A DNA stretch of 64,000 bases from Eledone cirrhosa (GCA_964016885.1 OZ024757.1:20274001-20338000), one strand, 5' to 3'; counted from the first letter of the stretch, positions 1 through 13,625 are shown. Translations and numbers: made by a program. The notes: generated by a model not told the origin, from the letters alone.

Positions 1-1279
1 TAAGGCCTTGAAATAACAAGGAAGGCAGAGTGTATTGTTAAGAAACAGTGGTAAATTGGCAGAGTTATTAGAACATCAGATAGAATGCTTTGTGGTATTC
101 GTTTCAGCTCTCTGCTTGCTGAGTTCAAGCCCCAACAAGATAAACTTTGCCTTTCATCCATTCAAGGTTGATAAAAATATTGCAGTCATTTTTTCCCCTA
201 AATCTCTTTCTCACTCTGTCCTTCTCTAGAAGAAATCTGCCATATTCAGACCTGAAGAGATGGGCTCTAAAAACACCATATATCAATATGGTGCCCCTAT
301 GACTCCCTCAGGAGTTATAGGATCATGCATATGAAGTTAAGAACTTGAAATAGCTTTTACAAGGGAGAGTGTATAGTAAAGGACTCATTTTCACAGGATC
401 ATAGATCATACCTCCAACAGTTTTTAGAAAGAACCATTTTAACCATTTTTATACCAAACAACATGAAACTGCCTCTGGTTCTATAATAACGTTTAAACAT
501 TTAACGTCTATCTTCCACGGTAGCATGGGTTTAGAATAAAAGTGTTTATATTTATCTAACAAATTTCCATCATAGTTTTATGTAAGAACTTTTGTTCCAA
601 ACACCATATTATATAATGAGAAAGTTAGTTATATTATTAAATCCCTCCTAATTCTTTATTATCTTCAAAATGAATGAAAAACACAGGCAAAGCAGTGTTT
701 TTCATTAGAAATATGGTATCAAACAGATTAAACATCACTATAAGCAACCAATCCCAATTATTCTAATGACTAATTTCTTTCTTTATTTATTTTCACTGTT
801 TTACATCCATTTTCCAATGTTAGGATGGGGCAATTGTTTTTACAGCTGGTTGTCACTTTATACAGCTAACCACTCAACCATAGAGTGAAATAGGGATAGT
901 AAAACAAAGCTGTGTGCTTTGCTTGGGTACACAACATGTTTGATGTGAAACTCACATGATCAGCAGTCCATCACCCTAATAATACCAACTTGCCCCTCAC
1001 TGCCTTCATATAAAACCTGCTTATGTTTTATCTAAAGTGTTCACCATTGTTCACCTTAAGTTATGTTCCAAACACAAGCTTGATAATAAGAGAGTTATGT
1101 TACTAAATCCCTGTAAATTCTCGATTATTTTAAGTTATTTCAAAATTATAGGCAGTCCCTTTCATATGGTGATGAAAAGGTTAAAGTGTATATATTTGTC
1201 TAAAAACCTTCCATTATGTAGGATCCTATGTTAAAACATTCATTTGAAAAACTACTTCAATCTATTTTTTTTTTGTTAA

Positions 1280-1489
1280 CCCTTTAGCATTTAAACCGGC
1301 TGTGTCCGGCCAGAATTCTCTCACCTTTTTCTGTTCAAACCGGCTGTATATACTTATGTTAAGGTATTATTCTTAAAATAAATAACAACAAAATCTAGTA
1401 GATCCGATATTATGTGGGATAATTATGTAAAATCAAGTGTTAACTATGAAAATACAATTATATTACAATATAATGTAAATGCTAAAGGG
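1280..1489. mobile_element. piggyBac-type non-autonomous element (MITE)
   Basis: TTAA|CCCTTTAGCATTTA...TAAATGCTAAAGGG|TTAA. Confidence 0.8.
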
Positions 1490-3526
1490 TTAAGTTATAT
1501 TAATACATCTCTCTAAATTCTTGATTATTTTCAAATTTATTTGAAAATTAGAGATAGAGATTTTCATGAAAAATATGGTGACAAAAGAGTTAAGCAAAAA
1601 GAATCTTACAGTAAAATGAAAAAAATGCACCCAGTACATGCTGTAAAGTGGTTGGTGATAGGATGGGCATCCAGCTATAGAAAGCTTGTTAAACAAAGGG
1701 TTGAGAGGATCCTTTAGTTGTGTCAAGGACTTGACAGCCTTTGTAGTGATAGTGATCTTACATAATAAAAGCACCCAGTACACACTATAAAGTGGTTGGT
1801 GATAGGAAGGGAATCCAGCCATAGAAAGCTTTCCAAATAAGGGGTTAGGAAGACCGTTCAGTTTGTGTCAAAAGATATGACATCTTCTCCCCTGCACTCG
1901 ATATGGCTGTACATAAGTGAGCTACAGAACCCTTGGCCTGTTAGTAGAATCGCTTCAGTACTGACTCATTCAACCCTTGCTAGAAGGAAAAGTGGATGTT
2001 AGATGATGATGATGTATATGTTGAACTGAATATATGCTAAGCAAATAAAATAAAATAAAAATAAAGAACTATATACAGACTAAACATGCAAATTATTTTC
2101 ACTAAAAGCAAAATAATTTAGCTTCTAAAACATAACTGAACGCCATGGTTGTCTTCATTTAGTTATGCAAACATTTTTTTAATGCATTTTTCTGCTTATT
2201 TTGTTTTTCATCTTACATAATGTGTTCCTTTGGGACTGGGGTAACAGCAGTCTTCTCTCACCTATTATTACACTATAATAACACACACATACACACGTGT
2301 ACACAGACACACACTTGTACACAGACACCCACACACAAATTACATATTTTTAGTATCTGCAAATTCTTTATGCTAAATTTTACTTAAGCTATTCCATTCT
2401 CAGAACATGGATATCTTCTTATGCATACAAAAGATAAGATATCAGGTTATCATATAATGATTATATCAGGTGATGGTTTGAGAAAAACTTGTTGGTGGCC
2501 TATACTGCAGGAGGGTGGGGTGGGAGCAAAGCAAAAAAAAAGCTGAACTGAAGTTAAACGGAAGGACAGCGACTGAATTGAAGGGAGAGTCTATTATTTT
2601 GTTGATTCGTAAAAGCATAGAAAGAGGGATATAAATAAAATGGTGATGATAATACTCTCTCAATTGCACAACCATTACCGTTACAGCACACCAACAACAA
2701 CAACAACTTTTTATGTTTTTATGAATCAGCTGTTATTGGAGCAGAGTTGGCTGCCTGCAGGTGCAAGCCCCATGAGGTGGAGTGGTTGTTCCAGCATGAT
2801 TCCCTTGCCATCCTCTGGGGCAATGCAGGTTTTCAAAGGGTATGACCAATCCATCTCCTCTGGATACATTTCATCATGGACGACAGGCTGTCAAAACTCA
2901 TGGTTACTAATCATGTCTGGTCACTGAAATACAAAGAATTTTCCCAGCACCTGCCTCAAAAAATTTCTTTAGATTTGCTGTCCCTCCTCCACTTTAAGCC
3001 CAGGGGCTCATTACGCTGGTGCTTATCTTGGTTTCCGTGGCATTAAGTGACTGAGAGCATAAGACTCCCCTCTAGACAGGACACCAGTCCATTGTAGGTT
3101 TAAACGCCCCAGCTATTGTTGGTACTCATTTTCAGCTGAGTATACTCAGCAACGTGAAATGAACCCTCAACATTATGATCGTAAGTCCAACACTCTAACC
3201 ACTAAGCAATGCACCTCCACTCTTCTTTATTAATTCTGACAATCCTTATGGTGTTTTTTTTTTTTTATGGCTTCAATTATTGGACAGTGGCCATGCTGGA
3301 GTACTACTCTCAATGGTTTATATTTAAATCAGTACTGTTTCCTTACACCAATCCTTTTAGTCACTGCTTATGACATACAGGTTTACGGTGTATGCATTCT
3401 AAACTGGATACACACAGAAAAAGAATCTCATACTTACAAATCAAATAGATATTTCATAATCCTAACTATACAAATTAGTACAAAACACTAACAGAAAATA
3501 TAACACAATAAAAGGTTATAGTTTAC

Positions 3527-3620
3527 CTTTAGTACGAATAATTTCACCGATGTGGTAAGAAAATACACTCTCAGCACTCAATCCTAAATTGGTGATTGGA
3601 TCAATCCGTAAAACATACTC
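3527..3620 (-). CDS. NAV2: Neuron navigator exon (EYVLRIDPITNLGLSAESVFSYHIGEIIRTK)
   Basis: tattcacag|GAG...AAAG|gtaaac; 94 nt, phase 0-1; NAV motif EYxxxxDPxxxLGLxxxSxxxYxIGEI; not in the ORF track. Confidence 0.92.
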
Positions 3621-3991
3621 CTGTGAATATAACATAGTATAAACTTGAAATATAACAACAGCTTTGTTGTCAATATTTTAAAAATTTAATGTCCCATTTG
3701 CATTCTTGTAGACTTCTAATAAAACAATATTTTCTACACTCTCTACGCTGGTATAAGCAAACTAAACACCTAAACCCTTTAGCATTTAAACCAGCTGTAT
3801 ATGGCCAGAATTCTCTCACCTCAATCAAAATCTCATAGATTCGATATTATGTGAGATAAAGCATTTACCGCAAAAATACAATAGTATACATAGAGTAATT
3901 TAAATGGTAAAGAGTTAAATATAAAAGTACACATACATGCAGTGTTTTACTGAAAATATAAATATAACAATATTTATTTCTTAGATATATA

Positions 3992-4880
3992 CAGGGTGTG
4001 GACGATATTTGTTCGCAAATTTCAACTGCTAATTTTATGCAATTTTTTTTTACTTCCGTTGTCACTCTTGTCTTCATAAAAACAGTGACTGTGTTTCCAT
4101 TATTTATTTTCAGGATAATTGATTATGAATAATTTTGAACCTCTAAATTTGTGGAAGAGACACAGAGTTCTTCTTGGAATCCGCGCCGGGAGGACAAATA
4201 AGACCAGAAGATCAACTCCCAGAACAACAGGTGGCTCACTGTCTCATCCAAAGACGTGCCCAGAGTCATGCAGACAAAGTTTCCAGCGACAACATTGGTC
4301 TTAAGTGTTGTCAGCAGTCAAGGTGACGTCATGCCACTTCACTTCTTCTCTGAGGGCCTCAAGCTGAACACCGATGGCTACATCCGCGTTCTGAGCGAGG
4401 TAGTAAAGCCCTGGATCGACCAGGTAGCTGCAGGTAGGCCATACGTGTGGCAGCAAGACTCAGAGCCCTGCCATACAAGCAGAAAGACCCAAGCCTGGCT
4501 GTCAGAGAACTTCATCGTCCACACTTCACCTGACATCTGGGCTCCCAGCTCGCCTGACTGCAACCCCATCGACTTCTTTGTGTGGGGCGCAATGGAACAA
4601 GACACCAACAGATCTAGCTGCAATACGAAAGACGATCTGAAGGCCAGGATCACAAGTGCCTTTAGGGGCCTAAGTCGGGGGACAGTGACGAAGGCCTGTA
4701 GCCGGTTCCAAGGCCGCCTTGAGGCTGTCATCAAAGCCAATGGCGGGTTTATCGAGTGAGATCGAAAGAACAAGTCATGAAGACAAACTGACCCAAGTTT
4801 GATAAATAAATCTTAAAAAATAAAACTGTGTTATTTTTTACTGGACAGTAATCTTGCGAACAAATATCGTCCGCACCCTG
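3992..4880 (+). mobile_element. Internally deleted Tc1/mariner DD37D (maT-type) DNA transposon
   Basis: TA flanks; ~27-bp TIRs CAGGGTGYGGACGATATTTGTTCGCAA; ORF 4256-4759 has WQQD-(37 aa)-D and SPDCNPID motifs; HTH and first catalytic D missing. Confidence 0.92.
4256..4759 (+). pseudogene. Truncated DD37D transposase C-terminal half
   Basis: VWQQDSEPCHTS...WAPSSPDCNPIDFFVWG; the short N-terminal piece at 4119-4200 is in another frame. Confidence 0.85.
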
Positions 4881-5648
4881 TATATATATGACGGATTATA
4901 ACATGAAAGAAAAATATACATATCTGCAATGTTTTACTAGAAATAAATTTATTCTTCATTACCCGCTTATTTCAATATATAAATTCCTGAAGATACGTAG
5001 AGCGACGGACAGATACCACATATATATCGTGGTATGGCCCACCTCTATACAACATATGTAGTATTAAAATTATGTTTTAAGTATAACTTGGTTATTCTCT
5101 CTCCATTTATATATTTTGAGCTCTGCAGCCCATAGCCTAACTGTCCACAACAGTCTTACAATGGCTGAGAACATCCTCAGCTGATTTTAAATTACTGCTG
5201 TATTAAGGGAACTGATTAGCATAGAGCTTCTCTCATCTTTACCAGGATCTGTACTGGATAACCCCAATATTACCATACATATATACATACATACATACAC
5301 ACATATATATATATATTGAGATCCCACATCTATCTTTCCTCATAGCGGCGTCATCCAGTATCGGGCTCCTCAACTATGGTTACGCTGGCACGGCCAGCTG
5401 TCCTGTCTCTCCATGAAACTATGGTTACGCTGTGAGATGGGTTATGTTCCTCATATCAGTGCCATCCAGTACTGGGCTCCAACTGGCCTCTTCGCATAGT
5501 GGTGCCATCCAACAGCAGGCCCTCCCAAAAGGTGGTTTTGTGCTGAGAAGGGTTTGCCTCAAGGAGAGAACCAGGCCCCAAAACTGGGGTGTCACTGTTG
5601 GAGGGGTTTAGTGCAGCCAAATTGGCCTGTTCCTTCCCATAGTGGTGT

Positions 5649-7240
5649 CATCCAGTGCCACACTGTAAATGTGGTTAGTGTTAGGAAGAGCATCCAGCTG
5701 TAAAATACCCAGCCAGGTTTCAAAAACTGTATTCCTGCTGTGAGCCAACTGGCCTGACCCTCCTCATAATGGAGCCATCCAGTGCCACACTGTAAATGTG
5801 GTTAGTGTTAGGAAGGGCATCCAGCTGTAAAATACCCAGCCAGGTTTCAAAAACTGTATTCCTGCTGTGAGCCAACTGGCCTGACCCTCCTCATAATGGA
5901 GCCATCCAGTGCCACACTGTAAATGTGGTTAGTGTTAGGAAGGGCATCCAGCTGTAAAATACCCAGCCAGGTTTCAAAAACTGTATTCCTGCTGTGAGCC
6001 AACTGGCCTGACCCTCCTCATAATGGAGCCATCCAGTGCCACACTGTAAATGTGGTTAGTGTCAGGAAGGGCATCCAGCTGTAAAATACCCAGCCAGGTT
6101 TCAAAAACTGTATTCCTGCTGTGAGCCAACTGGCCTGACCCTCCTCAAAATGGAGCCATCCAGTGCCACACTGTAAATGTGGTGAGTGTCAGGTAGAGCA
6201 TCCTGCTGTAAAATACCCAGCCAGGTTTCAAAAACTGTATTCCTGCTGTGAGCCAACTGGCCTGACCCTCCTCATAATGGAGCCATCCAGTGCCACACTG
6301 TAAATGTGGTTAGTGTCAGGAAGAGCATCCAGCTGTAAAATACCCAGCCAGGTTTCAAAAACTGTATTCCTGCTGTGAGCCAACTGGCCTGACCCTCCTC
6401 ATAATGGAGCCATCCAGTGCCACACTGTAAATGTGGTTAGTGTTAGGAAGGGCATCCAGCTGTAAAATACCCAGCCAGGTTTCAAAAACTGTATTCCTGC
6501 TGTGAGCCAACTGGCCTGACCCTCCTCATAATGGAGCCATCCAGTGCCACACTGTAAATGTGGTTAGTGTTAGGAAGGGCATCCAGCTGTAAAATACCCA
6601 GACAGGTTTCAAAAACTGTATTCCTGCTGTGAGCCAACTGGCCTGACCCTCCTCATAATGGAGCCATCCAGTGCCACACTGTAAATGTGGTTAGTGTCAG
6701 GAAGGGCATCCAGCTGTAAAATACCCAGCCAGGTTTCAAAAACTGTATTCCTGCTGTGAGCCAACTGGCCTGACCCTCCTCAAAATGGAGCCATCCAGTG
6801 CCACACTGTAAATGTGGTGAGTGTCAGGTAGAGCATCCTGCTGTAAAATACCCAGCCAGGTTTCAAAAACTGTATTCCTGCTGTGAGCCAACTGGCCTGA
6901 CCCTCCTCATAATGGAGCCATCCAGTGCCACACTGTAAATGTGGTTAGTGTCAGGAAGAGCATCCAGCTGTAAAATACCCAGCCAGGTTTCAAAAACTGT
7001 ATTCCTGCTGTGAGCCAACTGGCCTGACCCTCCTCATAATGGAGCCATCCAGTGCCACACTGTAAATGTGGTTAGTGTTAGGAAGAGCATCCAGCTGTAA
7101 AATACCCAGCCAGGTTTCAAAAACTGTATTCCTGCTGTGAGCCAACTGGCCTGACCCTCCTCATAATGGAGCCATCCAGTGCCACACTGTAAATGTGGTG
7201 AGTGTCAGGTAGAGCATCCTGCTGTAAAATACCTAGCCAA
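5649..7240. repeat. 127-bp tandem array, ~12.5 copies, derived from the RTE/SINE 3' tail
   Basis: tccagtgccacactgtaaatgtgg recurs at 5651, 5778, 5905 ... 7175. Confidence 0.95.
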
Positions 7241-8233
7241 ATTTACAGTCCTCGCGAAGCAAGGTGTGACCCATGGCCAACTCTGGCTAGATTTGCATCC
7301 TGGCGTGGACAATCCGTCAAACCCATGCAAGCATGGAAAAATTGACATTAAACGGAAATGACGATGATGATGATATATATATTTCAAATATCAAATATAA
7401 AGGTCTCCACAGTTCGAAGGATGTATTATTGAAGGGATAACTACTTCCCTTTTCATATATTTGTCCATGTGCCCAAATGAAAGGCAAGTTTAAAATTTCC
7501 TCTTTCAATATACAGTGGTGGCCACGACTGGACCCTGAAACCAATGGTAGCACATACATGTTAAGTGTATGAAACTTTATTTATACCATATATATATATA
7601 TATATCCATATAGTAATAATAATAAATTTGAAGACTAAAATCCAAAGAGGGCTCGATAAGGATACATATATATCAAATATATAAGAACCGTAGAGCAAAT
7701 ATTTCAGAAGATCCCGTTAAGGGTGAAAGCAGCGATTCTTTGCTTAAACTTTAATCTGTTTATTTTAATAAATATATATACATATATATATAAAATCAAG
7801 GGAAAGCAAATAAAGAAAAAATTTTAAAATAAATTTCAAAAAATTCACTGTACTTACTACATGTGCCTTTACTGCGGTTTCAGATCCCAAACAAATAGAT
7901 AATCCAAGCAGATTTCCATTGAGATTTATTTAAAAATTTTTTCTTTATTTGCTTTCCCTTGATTTTATATGTTCTGGCTTGTTAATTTATTAACTTGCCA
8001 TTGAACCACACTGGCATATGGTTGGACTATACTTGTATCCCTATGTGTATTATTTACATGTAGGAACACATACTTTTATTACATCTATATATATATATAT
8101 ATATATATATGTGGGTGTATGTGTGTTTTTATAAGAGGAGCTCAGCAAAACTGAACTGTCAGGGGCTTCCTGAGGCCTAAATCCAGCCCTGGCTGCATCT
8201 ATTCACAGAAAAAGAAAAAAAATAGATGGTTAC

Positions 8234-8323
8234 CTTAAATATTTTTCGCACAATATTGTCCAGGATATCCCATTTGGTTTTGCCACTTACAGATAAAGAA
8301 CCAATAAGAACCTCTGGCAACTT
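8234..8323 (-). CDS. NAV2: Neuron navigator exon (KLPEVLIGSLSVSGKTKWDILDNIVRKIFK)
   Basis: ccaaattccag|AAG...AAG|gtaacc; 90 nt, phase 0-0; NAV motif IGxxxVSGKTKWDxLDxxVRxxFK. Confidence 0.93.
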
Positions 8324-9537
8324 CTGGAATTTGGAAAGAAAAACATATTTACATCTAATTATAATAATTAACAATTCGTTCATTCATAAACCCAAAGACT
8401 AACAATTTTGGGGAAGGGGAAAGTCAATTATATCGACCCAAGTAGTTTATTATATATATACACATATATATAATTAGTTACAACAGTGACATTTACAAGG
8501 TATTGGATTATACACTCCAACTCATTCAGCTTGTTATATAAATAAAAATGGTTTCCCATCATGGAGATTTTAGAAAGTATAGGAGTTCTCAGGGTAAGTA
8601 AACCCGAATTTATCTATAAATAGATAAATCCCTTGAATAATGTAAGTGAAAAGCGAGGTAACTATAAAAAAACAACCCAAGGTAGGCAACTGTGTTACAC
8701 AGGGAGCCCAAGGGTTGAAAAGTTGAAGAAAATAAACTCAATTAATCTGGGTTAGACCAATTTCAGAACAAATTTTGCTTCATGAGGTTAGTGACTGAAG
8801 TAGTCAAGGTGGGTATTTAAGCAGCGTTTCGCTGAAGCCAGTTGCGAGAGTATATTTCACTTCAACAAGTTACACAGCTGGAAAGATTTCGACCTATTGA
8901 CACAGGGGGGTTTTTACCTTGTTTTTTTTATAGTTACATCCCTTTTCACTTACATTATTCAAGAGATTTGTTTATTAATAGATACATTTGGGATTACCTA
9001 CCTTTAGAACTCACCTTTACCTTCTAAAATCTCCATAATGAGAAGCCATTTTTATTTATTTAACAGGCTGAATGAGTTGAGAGTGAATAACCCAACAAAA
9101 CGTACATGTCACTATTGAAACTAATTAAACTTAACTCTTCCTATGGACTAAGTGTTGGCTATTCATACCAAATTTGTACTACACTATATATATATATATA
9201 CATATAATCATTTATATTTTTGGTTCACAAATAGATAGAATTGGTCATTCCGTTTAGTTAACCATGATGTAATAGAAGAAAAAGCACTCTACGTTATGCA
9301 ACTCATCCATCGTTAATATTGAATCCCGTGACTGGTGTAGGAACGGAGTTAAATATTAATTTGATTAAAGCAACAGGAGGAATAAAATTTTAAAAAGACA
9401 TCCCCAGTCCAGCCTCCTGTTGTTTAAATCAATATATATATATATATACATACACACACACATGGATATATATATATATATATATATCAACACATACATA
9501 CATATATATATATATATACAAACATACACACACACAT

Positions 9538-9587
<50 letters not shown>

Positions 9588-9895
9588 ACACATACATATA
9601 TATATAAACATACACACACACATATATATACACATATACATCTATCTATCTATCTATCTAAGGCGGGTAAAAGTCCCGAGATCCATGGACGAGTTCTCTC
9701 CAGCGGTCTCTGTCCCTCATTATCGCTGCCATGACATTGCACTCAGTGCTCCTTAGGGAGCCCCTACATGGACACACTAGAAGAGGAAGACCAAGGTTAA
9801 CGTATGTTGATGCACATATACATATATAAACATATATATACACAAATATCTACACACACATATTTGACAAAAGAAGAACCAATGTACTGACTGAC

Positions 9896-9993
9896 CTCTG
9901 GAGCCCTAGTTGGATCAGGATTTGATCCCAAGTAAACAGTGATTGTTACTCGCTTTCCTTCACGATCTGGTGTCTCAGGGATCTGCATTATAT
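9896..9993 (-). CDS. NAV2: Neuron navigator exon (DIMQIPETPDREGKRVTITVYLGSNPDPTRAPE)
   Basis: ctctattttcag|AT...GAG|gtcagt; 98 nt, phase 1-0; fits the EGRxVxIxV segment of NAVs. Confidence 0.88.
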
Positions 9994-10399
9994 CTGAAAA
10001 TAGAGATATGACAACAAAAACAAGAGATATGATTAATGATAATAATAATAATAATGGTTTTTGATTTAGGCAAAAGGCCAGCAATTTGAAGGGAAGTAGG
10101 TAAATCAATTAAATCGACCCCAGTGCATTACTGGTACTTTATTTTATTGATCCTTGGCAGAATTTGAACTCAGAATGTAAAGGGATAAAACTATATGCCA
10201 CAAAGCATGTTGTCCGATGTTCTACCAATATTGCCAATTCAATGCCTTTATTTATTAATAATAACTATAATAATTTTTTTTTTTTATTGGCTACAAGGGC
10301 TTGGCAAGGGGACAGTACAGGAATCACAATACAATGTTAAGGTTTACACTGAGTAAAAAGATTCGAAATCATAAAAAAAAACAAAACAATATTGACAGT

Positions 10400-10558
10400 T
10401 GATCGACAAGATCCCAGGCCTCATTTGCTTCACGAGTGGGGTCGACAAGATCCCAGGCCTAATTTGCTTCACGAATGGGGTCGACAAGATCCCAGGCCTC
10501 ATTTGCTTCACGAGTGGGGTCGACAAGATCCCAGGCCTCATTTGCTTCATGAGTGGGG
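10400..10558. repeat. 39-bp tandem repeat x4 at the end of a SINE
   Basis: gtcgacaagatcccaggcctcatttgcttcacgagtggg repeated. Confidence 0.9.
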
Positions 10559-11159
10559 TGGAGCTCGTTCGTCAAATCAAACTTTGGTCTTTCCAATTGC
10601 CAATACTATATGTCAGTTGCAAATCCAGGTAGAAGGAGCAACATGAAATAAAGTGTCTTGCTTCAAGGACATAACACATCACCCGATCTGAGAATCAAAA
10701 TCACAACCTCACGATTGCAAATCCAATTCTCTAGTCACTCAGCCACGCGCCTTCACCAAAACAATATAACCACAATAAATTACCAACAAGAAAAAATCCC
10801 CAATAAGGAAGAAAAAAACCTAGGGTGATTTTAGGTGATAACCCCACAGAAAAGTTCTCAATTAGTGTGTATCACCAAAGGTATTGAAAATACTCTTTTC
10901 TAGTTTGTTTTTTCATGCCATGATAAAAAGAACCCAGTCCATCCTGTAAGGTGTTAGTACTTGAGTCACAATAAAATGCTCCCAATACACAGTGTAAAGT
11001 GGTTTGTATCAGGAAGGATGTCTAATCCATGCAAGCATAAAAAATAGATCTTAAACAGTGAGGATAATGATTTTATATATATATATAATCTTACATTAGA
11101 TTGATTATTTTGTGTCGAGAAGATAAGTGGAAAAATTGTCAATTTCCTTCTTTCGATGG

Positions 11160-11192
<33 letters not shown>

Positions 11193-11289
11193 GATATATG
11201 TACTAATGTCTGTTTGTATTTATATAGCTGTTAATATATATGTGTGTTGTATTCGTGCGTACATTCGTAACGGAAAATCGCTCATATGG

Positions 11290-11955
11290 AATAGCCGTGT
11301 CTAGGAAATCGCCATTTTTCATCCCACCCACCCTATATCTATTACCTTCCGGTATGCATGCCTGGCGCTGTATGCTAAACACTCGTATACATAGCACGTT
11401 AAACCGCAGACACTGGGCGGACGGAGGCTCCGTAAGCCGTAGCGTAGGCAACCTGTCTAGGAGAGCTACCGCTCCAAATAAATTGGTGCGGGGTAGAGAA
11501 GTCCCCTATATCCAGTAAGACAACTTCCCTAGTGCCATGTGTGAGAAGCCCCCGACCGTCATCAAGCAATCGCACAACAGGAACAAGAACAAGAATATGA
11601 AGACATCGCATCTCAGAGTTGCAACACTTAATGTTGGGACTCTAACAGGTAGATCCGGTGAAATAGTGGAGATGCTGGAGAGAAAGCATGTGGATGTGTG
11701 CTGCGTGCAAGAGGTGAGATGCTGGAGAGAAGTCATGTGGATGTATGCTGCGTGCAAGAGGTGAGATGGATGGAGAGGTGCCTCTGCAAGACTAATCGCA
11801 GGCAAACATTTTAGTTATAAGCTTTTCTGGGTGGGTAATGATGATGGGTTAGGTGTGGTAGGCATTTTACTGGCTGAGAGATGGATCGATAAGACAATAG
11901 AGGTAGTTTGAGTTAATAATAGAATAATTAAGCTTAGATTAGTTGTAGGCAAGAG
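11290..11955 (+). mobile_element. RTE-clade LINE 5' fragment (5' UTR plus APE endonuclease start)
   Basis: LRVATLNVGTLTGRSGEIVEMLERKHVDVCCVQEVR... followed by GILLAERW and RIIKLRL; internal duplication and frameshift. Confidence 0.8.
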
Positions 11956-12774
11956 ACCCTTTTAAACAGGTAAATAAAACAACAATTGACACACCAACAT
12001 CTTCATGGCCTGCAGTTTATTCCAAAATCTACCATCCATTTTTCCATTTTGCATTGTCTTAGCCTTCAAATAACATATTATTTTAAACAGTAAATAAATT
12101 AGTTTGTTATTTTTTGGGGTTTCATTTTAATTGACTTCAACAATATAATTGTGGATAGAAAAAAAAATTAATATCAAGCTTGTTAAGGCCATCTTCCCTG
12201 GGCAACATATAAAATTTCTCCATTTTTCCCAATCATCTGCAACCCCCAGTCTTTCATTTCTTCCTCCATCATTATTAGCCATACTTTTCTTCGTCTTCTC
12301 CTACTCCCTTTAGAATCAAACCATAATTAATTAAAACTAATTCAAACATTCAAACTCATAAGTTTTTAATTTACTGAAGACCCGAGAGTGCTTCAATGAT
12401 GTAAACAGTAAGGAATTAACACAATTATTGTGAAATTGTGACTAGAAACTTGGGAATTATTTTTGTGGGTATGTGTGTATGAAACACACCCAGTACACTC
12501 TGTAAAGTGCTCGGTGTTAAGAAGGGTATCCAGCTGTAGCAAATCTGCCAAACACAGTGTCTGGAAGACTATTTAATTGTGCTAAAGACTTGACAATCTA
12601 CTTTATGTGATTAACATGATACTTTGTAAAGTGGTTGATGTTAGGAAGGGCATCCAACAGTAAAAAAACAACTTGCCAAACAAAGTTCTGAGAGGACACT
12701 TTAGTTGTGTCAAAGACTTGACAACTTCTCTAGTGTTGGTAATATTTATAAATGTACCCAGTACACCCTGTAAG

Positions 12775-13205
12775 GTGGTTGGTGATAAATAAGGGCATCT
12801 AGCCATAGAAATCTTGTTAAAAACTCTTAGTGTTGATGAGCTACATGATAAACACATTCAATACACTGTGTGAAGAGGTTGGTGATAAGAAGGGCATCTA
12901 GCCATAGAAATCTTGATAACAACTCTTAGTGTTGATGAGCTACATGATAAACACATTCAATACACTGTGTAAAGAGGTTGGTGATAAGAAGGGCATCTAG
13001 CCATAGAAATCTTGATAACACTCTTAGTGTTGATGAGCTATATGATAAACACATTCAATACACTGTGTAAAGAGGTTGGTGATAAGAAGGGCATCTAGCC
13101 ATAGAAATCTTGATAACACTCTTAGTGTTGATGAGCTATATGATAAACACATTCAATACACTGTGTAAAGAGGTTGGTGTTAAGAAGGGCATCCAGACAG
13201 AAAAC
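12775..13205. repeat. 98-100-bp tandem array, ~4.3 copies
   Basis: ggttggtgataagaagggcatctagccatagaaatc at 12777, 12877, 12976, 13074, 13172. Confidence 0.9.
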
Positions 13206-13580
13206 CTGCCAAACAAAGGGTCGGGATTTCTCTTTAGTGCTGGTGCCAATAAAAATGCACTCAGTTTAGCACAGGGTCGTATTTAAACTTGTCTGAGTAC
13301 TCAGCAGTGCAGTGAAATATGCATGAAATGCAGGCATCTGGTCGAGGTGAGTGGTCAGTAGCTCCACTTAAGAACTGACTTGGTTCAGGACAATGTGTCC
13401 AACTCATGCTAACAAGGAAATTGGATGTTAAAAGATGATGATGGTTATGGTGATGGTGATACACATACACAAGTGTGTACATGCTGCCATACATGTGCAT
13501 GAGTGTGTAAGTGAGTATGTAGTTAGTAAGTATTTGTGTCCTAGTAAGGATTAGTTAGTGTCAAATGTTGATCTATATAC

Positions 13581-13625
13581 CTGACTGGGTAGGAGATTTC
13601 ATTCCCAATTTTTGCTTTCTTCTGC
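13581..13625 (-). CDS. NAV2: Candidate 45-nt symmetric cassette exon of neuron navigator (GRRKQKLGMKSPTQS)
   Basis: tgctttttctttgcttttcag|GCAG...TCAG|gtatat; phase 1-1, open in the frame required between the 26099 and 9993 exons. Confidence 0.65.

Noticed and set aside
5649-7240. CRISPR-like regular arrays (also 33204-33715, 25425-26040, 10400-10558)
   Set aside because: No unique spacers, no cas genes, eukaryotic intron context.
7700-7745. Hammerhead-like CAGAAGA...GAAA (also reverse at ~60910-60950)
   Set aside because: The core CUGA is CAGA in both copies and stems I and III do not form.
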